NCBI GenBank assembly: GCA_934746515.1
Contig: CAKVFH010000001.1
Location: 102,279 to 166,278 of the forward strand
DNA: 64,000 nt
Origin: an uncultured Clostridia bacterium
Lineage (GTDB): Bacteria; Bacillota; Clostridia; Christensenellales; UBA1242
Reading direction: 5' to 3'
Part shown: positions 57,237 to 64,000 of the stretch, piece after piece
How positions within the stretch are numbered: position 1 is the first letter of the stretch
Layout of the letters: each line of letters begins with the position of its first letter
Translations under genes and position numbers: made by a program
The notes under the pieces: generated by a model
The model's input: the letters and a program-made list of their open reading frames with translations, nothing else
The model's database searches: none
Told to the model about the DNA's origin: nothing

Positions 57237-57662
57237 ATGGAAAAAAAGAAATTAAGCATTGTAAACTTTTTATGGATTATTCCTTTAGTTTTAGGCGTTA
57301 TAGTTGGAATTGTCGGAATTAACAAAATTGCTGCGGCAAACAGCATGGTTGTTCCACCAATGACTGATGAAGGCTGGTTTGATGCAAGCAGCGCACAATC
57401 TGATTTAAGGTTCGCGGGAATTTTTATGTGTATTTTTGGATTTGCTTTTATTGGTTTTTTCGGCACATTTATTACTGCCATGGCTCCAAAAATTATTAGA
57501 GAAGCTAAAAATAAATCTATGCTAATCAACAATTTTGAAACTCAAGTTCAAGAAAAAACAACATCTGAACCAAAGCAAAAGAAATGTGCTTACTGCGGTT
57601 CTCTTATTAAACCAGGAGAGACAAAATGTCCTTCTTGCGGTGGAAAAGATTTTGTTGATTAG
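57237..57662 (+). CDS. Membrane protein with a C-terminal zinc-ribbon (CxxC...CxxC)
   Basis: 141 aa from the ATG with AGGTGA upstream. Two hydrophobic segments and CAYCGSLIKPGETKCPSCGG at the C-terminus. Confidence 0.6.
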   Translation: MEKKKLSIVNFLWIIPLVLGVIVGIVGINKIAAANSMVVPPMTDEGWFDASSAQSDLRFAGIFMCIFGFAFIGFFGTFITAMAPKIIREAKNKSMLINNFETQVQEKTTSEPKQKKCAYCGSLIKPGETKCPSCGGKDFVD

Positions 57663-57684
57663 TGTCACAGTAAGAAAATAAATA

Positions 57685-57721
57685 AAAAGGTTCTATTGAA
57701 AGTTGATAGAACCTTTTTTTG
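57685..57721 (+). terminator. Terminator after the zinc-ribbon membrane gene
   Basis: AGGTTCTAT pairs with ATAGAACCT, followed by TTTTTTT. Confidence 0.8.
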
Positions 57722-57786
57722 TGAAAATAACAAATTTTTCTTTACAAACCCAAATTTATGTGTATAATTGTTTTTGTTTAGAATAT

Positions 57787-57875
57787 GCTGATGTGGCGAA
57801 ATAGGCAGACGCAAGGGACTTAAAATCCCTCGAGGAGAAATCTTCGTGCCGGTTCAAGTCCGGCCATCAGCACCA
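57787..57875 (+). tRNA. tRNA-Leu (anticodon TAA), long variable arm
   Basis: Acceptor GCTGATG/CATCAGC, anticodon stem AGGGA/TCCCT with loop CTTAAAA, long variable arm, T arm GCCGG-TTCAAGT-CCGGC, encoded CCA. Confidence 0.88.
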
Positions 57876-57886
57876 GCTAAACTTAA

Positions 57887-57908
57887 CAGAGCGGTAACGC
57901 TCTTTTTT
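57887..57908 (+). terminator. Terminator after tRNA-Leu
   Basis: AGAGCG-GTAA-CGCTCT followed by TTTTTT. Confidence 0.8.
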
Positions 57909-58066
57909 TGTTTCCGGCATTTTTATTTTTAGGCTTTTGCCGATAAAAATAAAAAATCGTGCCTTGTGACGCTCACTACACCGGTCGGGAATGTAACGAG
58001 TAATATTATTAGTTATTTAAAAATTCAATATTTAAGCAAAAAAAAGACTTTATAAAAAAGTCTTTT

Positions 58067-58909
58067 TTACATTTCAAATTCTAATCCGTCGTAAGCTGGT
58101 TTATATCCATATTTGCTCAAGATTTGCTCTAAATCATCATGTGGCGGATTTCCATCATGAGTTATATGAGTGGCATAAATTAAACAATTGTCGTTAAGTA
58201 ATTTTTTCTGTTTTAAAGTCTTAATATACTCGTCAAATGCTTTTATATTAAGATGCGAAAATGTATGTTCTTGCAATCCAAATGATTCATCCAAAAAGAT
58301 GCAATCAATTTTTTCTCCATTTAATTCTTGAACTGCAAAATCGGTTATTGGGGGAGTGTCTGTGGCATACAATAATGATTTTCCATTATTTTTAATTAAG
58401 TATAGTTGTGCACCAATTTTTTCATCGTGTGAGCAATGAATTGCCTTGATTGAATATTCATTTAATTGCAAAGATTCTCCATGATTGATTGTTTTTACAT
58501 CCAATTTTATTTTGCTTAAGTAATCTTTATTATATAAATCCATTCTATCAAACTGCGATGCTTTCTTTTGTATGTCACTTAAACATAAATCTGAACATAC
58601 CAATGTCAAATTATCCTTTCTTTGGGTTCCATATTTATTATCTAGCGATGTAAAATGATTTATATCAAAATGGTCTAAATGGGTATGTGTTTGCAAAAGA
58701 TACTTAACTTTTCCCATATCTTTATTGTACATATTCATCGATGACGAGCAATCTGGCGTTAAATCAATTATCATTTCGTCATTGATTAACAGGGAAGCTC
58801 TTTTTCTTAAATTTTTACCGCCGAGAATTCTTGCTTTATTGCAATATTCGCACTCACAAAAAACAAGTGGATACCCGAACCCTCCAGAACCTAAAACTAA
58901 AACCTTCAT
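58067..58909 (-). CDS. MBL-fold metallo-hydrolase
   Basis: 280 aa with HTHLDH metal-binding motif, an N-terminal VLGSGG and a Cys cluster CECEYC. Confidence 0.7.
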   Translation of the reverse strand: MKVLVLGSGGFGYPLVFCECEYCNKARILGGKNLRKRASLLINDEMIIDLTPDCSSSMNMYNKDMGKVKYLLQTHTHLDHFDINHFTSLDNKYGTQRKDNLTLVCSDLCLSDIQKKASQFDRMDLYNKDYLSKIKLDVKTINHGESLQLNEYSIKAIHCSHDEKIGAQLYLIKNNGKSLLYATDTPPITDFAVQELNGEKIDCIFLDESFGLQEHTFSHLNIKAFDEYIKTLKQKKLLNDNCLIYATHITHDGNPPHDDLEQILSKYGYKPAYDGLEFEM

Positions 58910-58964
58910 ATTTTCTCCTTTTTGTTAACACCATGGCACTGATTTTAACAAACTCCACTTGTTG

Positions 58965-59507
58965 TTAAATTTCGAATTTCTTGAATTCGGCGTTAGCGAA
59001 GCAATTGATTTGATCATGGTCATTTAGGTTGATTTGCTCGCCGTTTAAAATAAGTTTTAAAAAGGAACAAATGTTGTTATGTGAAACAATCAAGATGTTT
59101 TTGTTTGGATTGTTCTTTATCACTGTTTCATAAAACTCTTTAGCTCTTGCAAGGGCATGGTCGAGCTGTTCCATTTTCGTGCTTGGGTCGCGTTGACGCT
59201 TAAGCTGTTTTTCTTCGTCGGTGAGCGTTCTATAAAGTCTGCCAGAAAACACGCCTTGGTCGACTTCTGTCAAAAGTTCAGATCTTTCAATTTTAACGCC
59301 ATGAAATTTATTAACGATATTTGCGGTTTGCATTGTTCGCATGAGTGGGGAACAATAAATCACATCAAATGGAACATTTTTAAGTTCTTCCGCAGCTTTT
59401 TGCGCTACTATTTTTCCATTTTCACTCAATTTGTTTTGGCGTCTGCCTTGGGTGCGTCCTGTTTCATTCCAAACAGTTGTGCCATGTCTCAAAATATAAA
59501 CATTCAT
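58965..59507 (-). CDS. Histidine phosphatase (phosphoglycerate mutase) family protein
   Basis: N-terminal catalytic RHG motif (ILRHGTTVWN) and a C-terminal VSHN. Confidence 0.75.
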   Translation of the reverse strand: MNVYILRHGTTVWNETGRTQGRRQNKLSENGKIVAQKAAEELKNVPFDVIYCSPLMRTMQTANIVNKFHGVKIERSELLTEVDQGVFSGRLYRTLTDEEKQLKRQRDPSTKMEQLDHALARAKEFYETVIKNNPNKNILIVSHNNICSFLKLILNGEQINLNDHDQINCFANAEFKKFEI

Positions 59508-59566
59508 AATTGCGTCCTTTTTGTTAGATTGACTTCATTTTAAACTAATAAGTAGCAAAAATCAAA

Positions 59567-60211
59567 CTATTTTGTGCCGAAAATTCTGTCACCTGCATCG
59601 CCGAGACCTGGCAAAATATAACCGTTTTCGTTAAGACATCTATCAACTGACAAAACATAGATTTCAACATCTGGATGATCTTCGGCAACTCTCTTGATGC
59701 CTTCAGGCGCAGCGATAATGCACATGAGTTTGATGTTTTTGCAGCCACGATTCTTTAAAAGAGTGATGGCGGCACTGGCTGAACCACCAGTTGCGAGCAT
59801 TGGGTCGGTCACCATAACAACTTTTTCTTCGATATGTTTTGGGAGTTTGCAATAATATTCATGTGGCTCAAGAGTTTCTTCGTCACGATACAAGCCAATA
59901 TGCCCAACCTTTGCGGCAGGGAAAAGTGTCAAGACACCTTCAACCATTCCAAGACCTGCACGAAGTATTGGCACAATTGCTATTGAATTTTCTTTGATAA
60001 CAGTTTGTTTTGTTGTTTCAAGTGGTGTTTCAACTTCAATTTCTTGGGTTGGAACATCCTTAAAACTCTCATAAGCTTCAATCATCGCGAGTTCTGAAAT
60101 GATTTCTCTAAACTGCTTTGTGTTAGTGTTTTTGTCTCTGATGAGCGCAATCTTGTGGTCGATTAGTGGGTGCTTTAAAACATGAACATTTTTTAAATCT
60201 TTAATTTCCAT
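59567..60211 (-). CDS. upp: Uracil phosphoribosyltransferase
   Basis: [13 protein letters not shown] motif and [12 protein letters not shown]. Start at MEIKDLKN, with AAAGGAGA upstream. Confidence 0.92.
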   Translation of the reverse strand: MEIKDLKNVHVLKHPLIDHKIALIRDKNTNTKQFREIISELAMIEAYESFKDVPTQEIEVETPLETTKQTVIKENSIAIVPILRAGLGMVEGVLTLFPAAKVGHIGLYRDEETLEPHEYYCKLPKHIEEKVVMVTDPMLATGGSASAAITLLKNRGCKNIKLMCIIAAPEGIKRVAEDHPDVEIYVLSVDRCLNENGYILPGLGDAGDRIFGTK

Positions 60212-60231
60212 AATTTCTCCTTTTTGTGCTT

Positions 60232-60266
60232 TAAAAAAAAGAACCAACAAAAATATTGGTTCTCTT
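60232..60266 (-). promoter_or_regulatory. Intrinsic-terminator hairpin inside the upp 5' leader (candidate attenuator)
   Basis: Minus strand: AGAGAACCAA-TATTTTTG-TTGGTTCTTT followed by T8, ending 22 nt before the upp ATG. Confidence 0.6.
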
Positions 60267-60355
60267 TTTACAAAATAAACAAACTTTGACCAGCTTGGTC
60301 AATAACAAAAATAGAATCTTGCTTAATTACAATTTTCTTTATAGCCATTAAGAAA

Positions 60356-60384
60356 AGTATATTAGATAAAAAAATAAAAAGCAA
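60356..60384 (-). promoter_or_regulatory. upp promoter
   Basis: Minus strand: TTGCTT (60384-60379), a 17-nt spacer, then TATACT (60361-60356). Confidence 0.6.
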
Positions 60385-60436
60385 CTGTTTTCACACTGCA
60401 AAGTAAAAATTCATAATCTAGCAGTATGGGGGAAAT

Positions 60437-61312
60437 ATGATTTTTAAAGGCAGTGGAGTGGCACTTGTTACGCCATTTAATTCAAAAAATGAAGTTGATT
60501 TCTATGAGCTTAAAAAACTCATTGAGTTTCAGATTGCATCGCGAACAAAGGCAATCATAATTTTGGGGACAACTGGCGAATCGGCGACAATTTCAGCTGA
60601 AGAACGCACTAAAATAATCAAATTTTGCGTGGGGCAAGTGTCAAATCGTGTGCCAGTGATTGTTGGGACAGGTTCAAATTCAACAAAACTTGCAATTTCA
60701 CAGACAAAAGAAGCCGAAAAACTGGGAGCAGATGGTGTTTTGGTCGTGACTCCATATTACAACAAAACAAGTCAAGAAGGCTTGTTTTTGCACTACAAGG
60801 CAATTGCAAAGGCAACGAAACTTCCAATAATAGTTTACAATGTTCCGTCAAGAACTGGGCTTAATATTTCACCAGAAACACTCTACAAACTTACAAAACT
60901 AAAAAACATCGTTGGATTCAAAGATGCTGGCGGAAACATCTCGCAAAGCATCAAACTTTTGTCAATGATGCCAAAGGGATTTGCTCTATATTCTGGTGAT
61001 GATTTGATAACTTATCCACTGATGTGCATGGGCTATTCTGGAGTCATTTCTGTCACGGCGAATGCCTATCCAACACTGGTGTCGTCGCTCACCGAAAGCG
61101 TGCTTGACCGAAACTTTGAAAACGCTCTCCGCATTCACAAATACCTTTACAAAATCAACACTGCGCTGTTTCTGGAAGTCAACCCAATGTGCATCAAGTT
61201 TTACATGAACCTAATCGGAAAAAATGTTGGTCAGCCAAGATTGCCACTAACAAATCTATCAAAAGAAACCCAGAAAATTTTAACAGAATTAAGGAAAGAA
61301 TATGAAAACTAA
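60437..61312 (+). CDS. dapA: 4-hydroxy-tetrahydrodipicolinate synthase
   Basis: GVALVTPF, GTTGES and YNVPSRTG motifs. Confidence 0.9.
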   Translation: MIFKGSGVALVTPFNSKNEVDFYELKKLIEFQIASRTKAIIILGTTGESATISAEERTKIIKFCVGQVSNRVPVIVGTGSNSTKLAISQTKEAEKLGADGVLVVTPYYNKTSQEGLFLHYKAIAKATKLPIIVYNVPSRTGLNISPETLYKLTKLKNIVGFKDAGGNISQSIKLLSMMPKGFALYSGDDLITYPLMCMGYSGVISVTANAYPTLVSSLTESVLDRNFENALRIHKYLYKINTALFLEVNPMCIKFYMNLIGKNVGQPRLPLTNLSKETQKILTELRKEYEN

Positions 61313-62261
61313 TATTGGTATCATTGGCTATGGAAATCTTGGCAAGGCTGTGGAGCAGGTGATTTTGTCGAGAAATGACTGCAACTTGATTGCGATTTTT
61401 TCAAGACGACTTGTTAAATCCAAATTCAATACAGCTGTGGAAAGTTATGAGAATATATCTTTATATGCAAACAAAATTGACATAATGCTTCTGTGCGGCG
61501 GTTCATTTGGTGACCTTGAAAAACAAACAACAGATGCAATTTTAAACTTTGATTGCATAAATACATTCGATAATCACAAAAAACTTTTAAGCGAACTTGA
61601 CAGACTTGACAAACTTGCAAAAAATTCGAAGCATATTTTGATTATGGCTTGCGGTTGGGACCCAGGGATATTTAGCAACATTAGAGCGATGAGCTTTAGC
61701 ATTTCTAAAGAAAAACCGGTCGTTTTTTGGGGTAAAGGTATAAGCATGGGGCATAGTGAAGCAATTAGAAAAACTAATCATGTGCTTGACGGACTTGAAT
61801 TTACAATTCCGAACACTTTGGCAATTAAGCTAGCCAAAAAAGGCAAACTAAACGGCAATGAATGTCTGCATTTTAGAGACTGTTATGTGGTGGCGGATAA
61901 AAAATATCACAAGAGCATAACGAACAATATTTTAAATATTCCAGACTATTTTAAAGGTCAGCCGACAAAAATAAATTTTGTGTCTAGCAAAGAGCTTTTG
62001 AAACTTCGCTCAAAAATCTCACACAAAGGCGAGATTATTTCAAAATTTAAGACAATACATGGCTCAAAATGTCTGCTGGATTTTAAACTAAAAATTGAAT
62101 CAAATCCAAACTTTACCGCCACCATTATGGTGGGTTACATTGATGCAGTTTTAAACTTGAGAGCAGGGAAAAACACGGGAGCATTCACTCCGCTTGACAT
62201 TCCAGCAATTTTCATGTTCAAGCCAAGTTCAAGAAAAAACATTATTGAGAGCCTTTGCTAA
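61302..62261 (+). CDS. ddh: meso-diaminopimelate D-dehydrogenase
   Basis: N-terminal GIIGYGNLGK Rossmann motif and a length of about 319 aa. Contains CGWDPG and SMGHS segments typical of Ddh. Overlaps the dapA end. Confidence 0.75.
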   Translation: MKTNIGIIGYGNLGKAVEQVILSRNDCNLIAIFSRRLVKSKFNTAVESYENISLYANKIDIMLLCGGSFGDLEKQTTDAILNFDCINTFDNHKKLLSELDRLDKLAKNSKHILIMACGWDPGIFSNIRAMSFSISKEKPVVFWGKGISMGHSEAIRKTNHVLDGLEFTIPNTLAIKLAKKGKLNGNECLHFRDCYVVADKKYHKSITNNILNIPDYFKGQPTKINFVSSKELLKLRSKISHKGEIISKFKTIHGSKCLLDFKLKIESNPNFTATIMVGYIDAVLNLRAGKNTGAFTPLDIPAIFMFKPSSRKNIIESLC

Positions 62262-62296
62262 AATATTATTATTTTATAACTAAAATTTTTGGACGC

Positions 62297-62356
62297 AAAA
62301 AAAAACATTACTCTAAAAGCGCGTTAAATAGGAAGGCTTTAAAAGTAATGTTTTTA
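62297..62356. terminator. Bidirectional long-loop hairpin between convergent ddh and the small membrane gene
   Basis: AACATTACT (62304-62312) pairs with AGTAATGTT (62344-62352), flanked by an A-run and a T-run. Confidence 0.5.
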
Positions 62357-62364
62357 ATTTATTT

Positions 62365-62598
62365 CTATGCTAATAAATTTGGTTTTTTGTAGCAGATTGT
62401 GCAAACAAAATCAACAAGCCAACAAATCACAGCACCAGGGATAATCCACAAAATGCCCGCAACAAGAGTTGGTGTGTTCTTTTCTTGCACACCCTTAACA
62501 ATTCTGTAAATTGCCCAAGCAATATCCAAAACAGGCAAACACAAAATAAGTTTAGCAATCCATGGCAAGTTATCAAAAGCTTTAACAATATCTTTCAT
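62365..62598 (-). CDS. Small two-TM membrane protein (paralog A)
   Basis: 77 aa with AAGGAGAAA upstream. Shares the L-x-W...LIL...PV...VAGI...W-(LI)-(VL)-D pattern with 62764-62988. Confidence 0.6.
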   Translation of the reverse strand: MKDIVKAFDNLPWIAKLILCLPVLDIAWAIYRIVKGVQEKNTPTLVAGILWIIPGAVICWLVDFVCTICYKKPNLLA

Positions 62599-62763
62599 TT
62601 TATTTCTCCTTATGGTTTAAGTTTATTCAGTTTACTATTAGTTTAGAATAAATTTTCAAAAATTATTTATTTTTTATAAATTTAGCATTTTTGTGCAATT
62701 CTTATTTGTGTTTGTGTGGCTTTTGGTATATAATGAGCATATCAATTCATAGGAGGAAGAGTT

Positions 62764-62988
62764 ATGGCAAAGAGAAAATCTGATTACTTTGGTTTGAGTT
62801 GGGTTGTAAGCCTTATCTTGGCAATCATTCCTGTAACATCATGGATTTGTGGTGCTGTAACAAGATTTGCTGAAGGCAAAATTGTTGCTGGTATTATCAG
62901 ACTTGTATTCGGTTTCACAATCGTTTGGATTCTTGACCTTATCTACATGATTATGGGCAAGAGCATTTGCAGACTTTTGAATGTTTAA
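62764..62988 (+). CDS. Small two-TM membrane protein (paralog B)
   Basis: 74 aa with AGGAGGAAG upstream. Paralogous to 62365-62598 and divergently oriented. Confidence 0.65.
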   Translation: MAKRKSDYFGLSWVVSLILAIIPVTSWICGAVTRFAEGKIVAGIIRLVFGFTIVWILDLIYMIMGKSICRLLNV

Positions 62989-62996
62989 TAAAATTC

Positions 62997-63036
62997 ACCT
63001 TTATTTGACTTATGTCAAGTAAGGGTGTTTTTATTT
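62997..63036 (+). terminator. Terminator after paralog B
   Basis: CACCTTATTTGAC-TTAT-GTCAAGTAAGGGTG (one bulge, one G-U), followed by TTTTT. Confidence 0.7.
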
Positions 63037-63057
63037 TTGACAAAATTTTGCTTTTAA

Positions 63058-63086
63058 TTGATTTTTTAGATCTGTTGTTATATAAT
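63058..63086 (+). promoter_or_regulatory. alaS promoter
   Basis: TTGATT (63058-63063), a 17-nt spacer, then TATAAT (63081-63086). Confidence 0.65.
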
Positions 63087-63122
63087 ACAAAATGTATTAT
63101 TATTGAATATAAAGGAAAAATT

Positions 63123-64000
63123 ATGATTACTGACAAACAATTAAAACAATTATGGAAAAAATTTTTTACTAAACATGGATTTACACAAATTCAAAATAGT
63201 TCAGTTATTCCCGAAAACGACCCAACTGTTTTGTTTACAACCGCCGGAATGCACCCACTTGTGCCTTATCTTCTTGGTGAAAAACACCCAGCAGGCAACA
63301 GACTTTTTGACACACAAAGATGCATCAGAACTGGCGATATTGATGATGTTGGCGACTACAACCACAACACATTTTTTGAAATGCTTGGAAACTGGTTCCT
63401 TGGAACTTGCCCAAAAGATGAGATGATTAAACTTTCTTATGAATTTTTGACAAGCAAAGACTATCTTGGAATTGACCCTGCAAGACTTTCTGTTACAGTT
63501 TTTGAAGGCGATGAAACAGCGCCAAGAGATGATCTTGCTGCTAACACTTGGAAAACTTGCGGAATCAGCGAAGACCACATTTTCTTTAACCCTAAAGAAG
63601 ATAACTGGTGGGGACTTGGAAGCGGTGTTGGTCCTTGTGGCCCTGACACTGAAATGTTTTATGATTCAGGAAAAGAAAAATGCTCACCAGAGTGCCGCCC
63701 AGGCTGTCATTGTGGAAAATATAACGAAATTTGGAACGATGTTTTCATGCAATATAAAATTGACAATGTTGGCGAAAAAGCAAAGCCACTTGCAAACCCA
63801 AACATTGATACAGGCATGGGCGTTGAAAGAACAATCTGCGTTCTAAACGGCGCAAAATCAAGCTATGATGTTGGTATTTTCAAAAGTGTTATTGATTTCA
63901 TGAACGAAAAAGCAGAAATCAAAAACAGCGATGAGACTGTAAAATCATACAGAATCTTGGCAGACCACCTTCGTTCATCAGTGTTTATTTTGGGTGACGA
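63123..64000 (+). CDS. alaS: Alanine--tRNA ligase (5' part, runs off the window)
   Basis: Hand translation gives MITDKQLKQLWKKFFTKHGF...VLFTTAGMHPL...RCIRTGDIDDVGD..HNTFFEMLGNW...DTGMGVERT. It is open to the window edge, which is probably why it is absent from the ORF track. Confidence 0.9.
   Translation, partial: MITDKQLKQLWKKFFTKHGFTQIQNSSVIPENDPTVLFTTAGMHPLVPYLLGEKHPAGNRLFDTQRCIRTGDIDDVGDYNHNTFFEMLGNWFLGTCPKDEMIKLSYEFLTSKDYLGIDPARLSVTVFEGDETAPRDDLAANTWKTCGISEDHIFFNPKEDNWWGLGSGVGPCGPDTEMFYDSGKEKCSPECRPGCHCGKYNEIWNDVFMQYKIDNVGEKAKPLANPNIDTGMGVERTICVLNGAKSSYDVGIFKSVIDFMNEKAEIKNSDETVKSYRILADHLRSSVFILGD

Noticed and set aside
56982-57532. Minus-strand ORFs of 67 aa (56982-57185) and 102 aa (57224-57532).
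   Set aside because: The first spans repeat units and a terminator. The second is antisense to the better-supported zinc-ribbon membrane gene. A 10-aa peptide frame shared by the repeat units (MVQAHEPGLE versus MAQAHELGLE) has only non-synonymous differences and no SD.
60251-60436. Lysine (L-box) riboswitch upstream of dapA.
   Set aside because: I could not find the conserved L-box core. Most of the spacer is better explained as the divergent upp promoter and leader.
62989-63122. T-box leader upstream of alaS.
   Set aside because: Only about 35 nt lie between the predicted -10 box and the ATG, there is no T-box sequence (AANNNGGGTGGTACCGCG) and no terminator/antiterminator pair.
1-64000. 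Alternative genetic code (TGA as Trp, Mollicutes-like), considered because of the low GC content and reduced gene set.
   Set aside because: Genes terminate at TGA (for example the ATGA overlaps at 6743, 9108 and 11096). Trp is encoded by TGG and the long ORFs are intact under code 11.

Overview
This is an AT-rich bacterial chromosome segment using the standard code (TGA is used as a stop, TGG as Trp). It looks like a spore-forming Firmicute, probably Clostridia-like, with a streamlined genome. All product calls come from motifs and gene order read by eye; no searches were run.

Layout:
- 1-12.4 kb: the late (morphogenesis) end of a phage-derived region. It holds terminase large subunit, portal, scaffold and capsid genes. 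These are followed by about 5.5 kb of tightly overlapping ORFs I cannot assign, then a holin-like gene with a long acidic tail. No tape measure, tube or sheath, endolysin or integrase is visible in the window.
- 12.5-64 kb: core genes in a Bacillus-like order. These are rnj, trmR, a U32 peptidase, a sigK-like sigma factor, RNase P RNA, rarA, helD, a pnuC-like gene, a GDPD gene, lepA-hemW-hrcA-grpE-dnaK-dnaJ (with a CIRCE operator), rsmE-mtaB, rpsU, pcrA-ligA and rpoZ-priA-def-fmt-rlmN-rpe.
- They continue with an unlisted 24-aa spoVM, an orphan 396-aa gene, sufCB, rpmB, an asp23-like gene, a yloV-like gene, an inserted XRE regulator and recG.
- The window ends with tRNA-Val/Gly/Cys, a tandem repeat array, tRNA-Leu, upp, dapA-ddh, two paralogous small membrane proteins and the 5' part of alaS.

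Most notable observations:
1. The unassignable phage block, with three consecutive proteins showing a propeller-like periodicity.
2. A 2.5-copy array of ~250-bp units directly 3' of tRNA-Cys. Each unit re-duplicates the tRNA 3' end and a terminator, with compensatory stem changes.
3. An unannotated spoVM micro-ORF in conserved synteny, preceded by 3 x 22-bp repeats.
4. An XRE cassette bracketed by a duplicated terminator.
5. A terminator-type leader in front of upp.
6. Several degenerate tandem repeat arrays in intergenic DNA.
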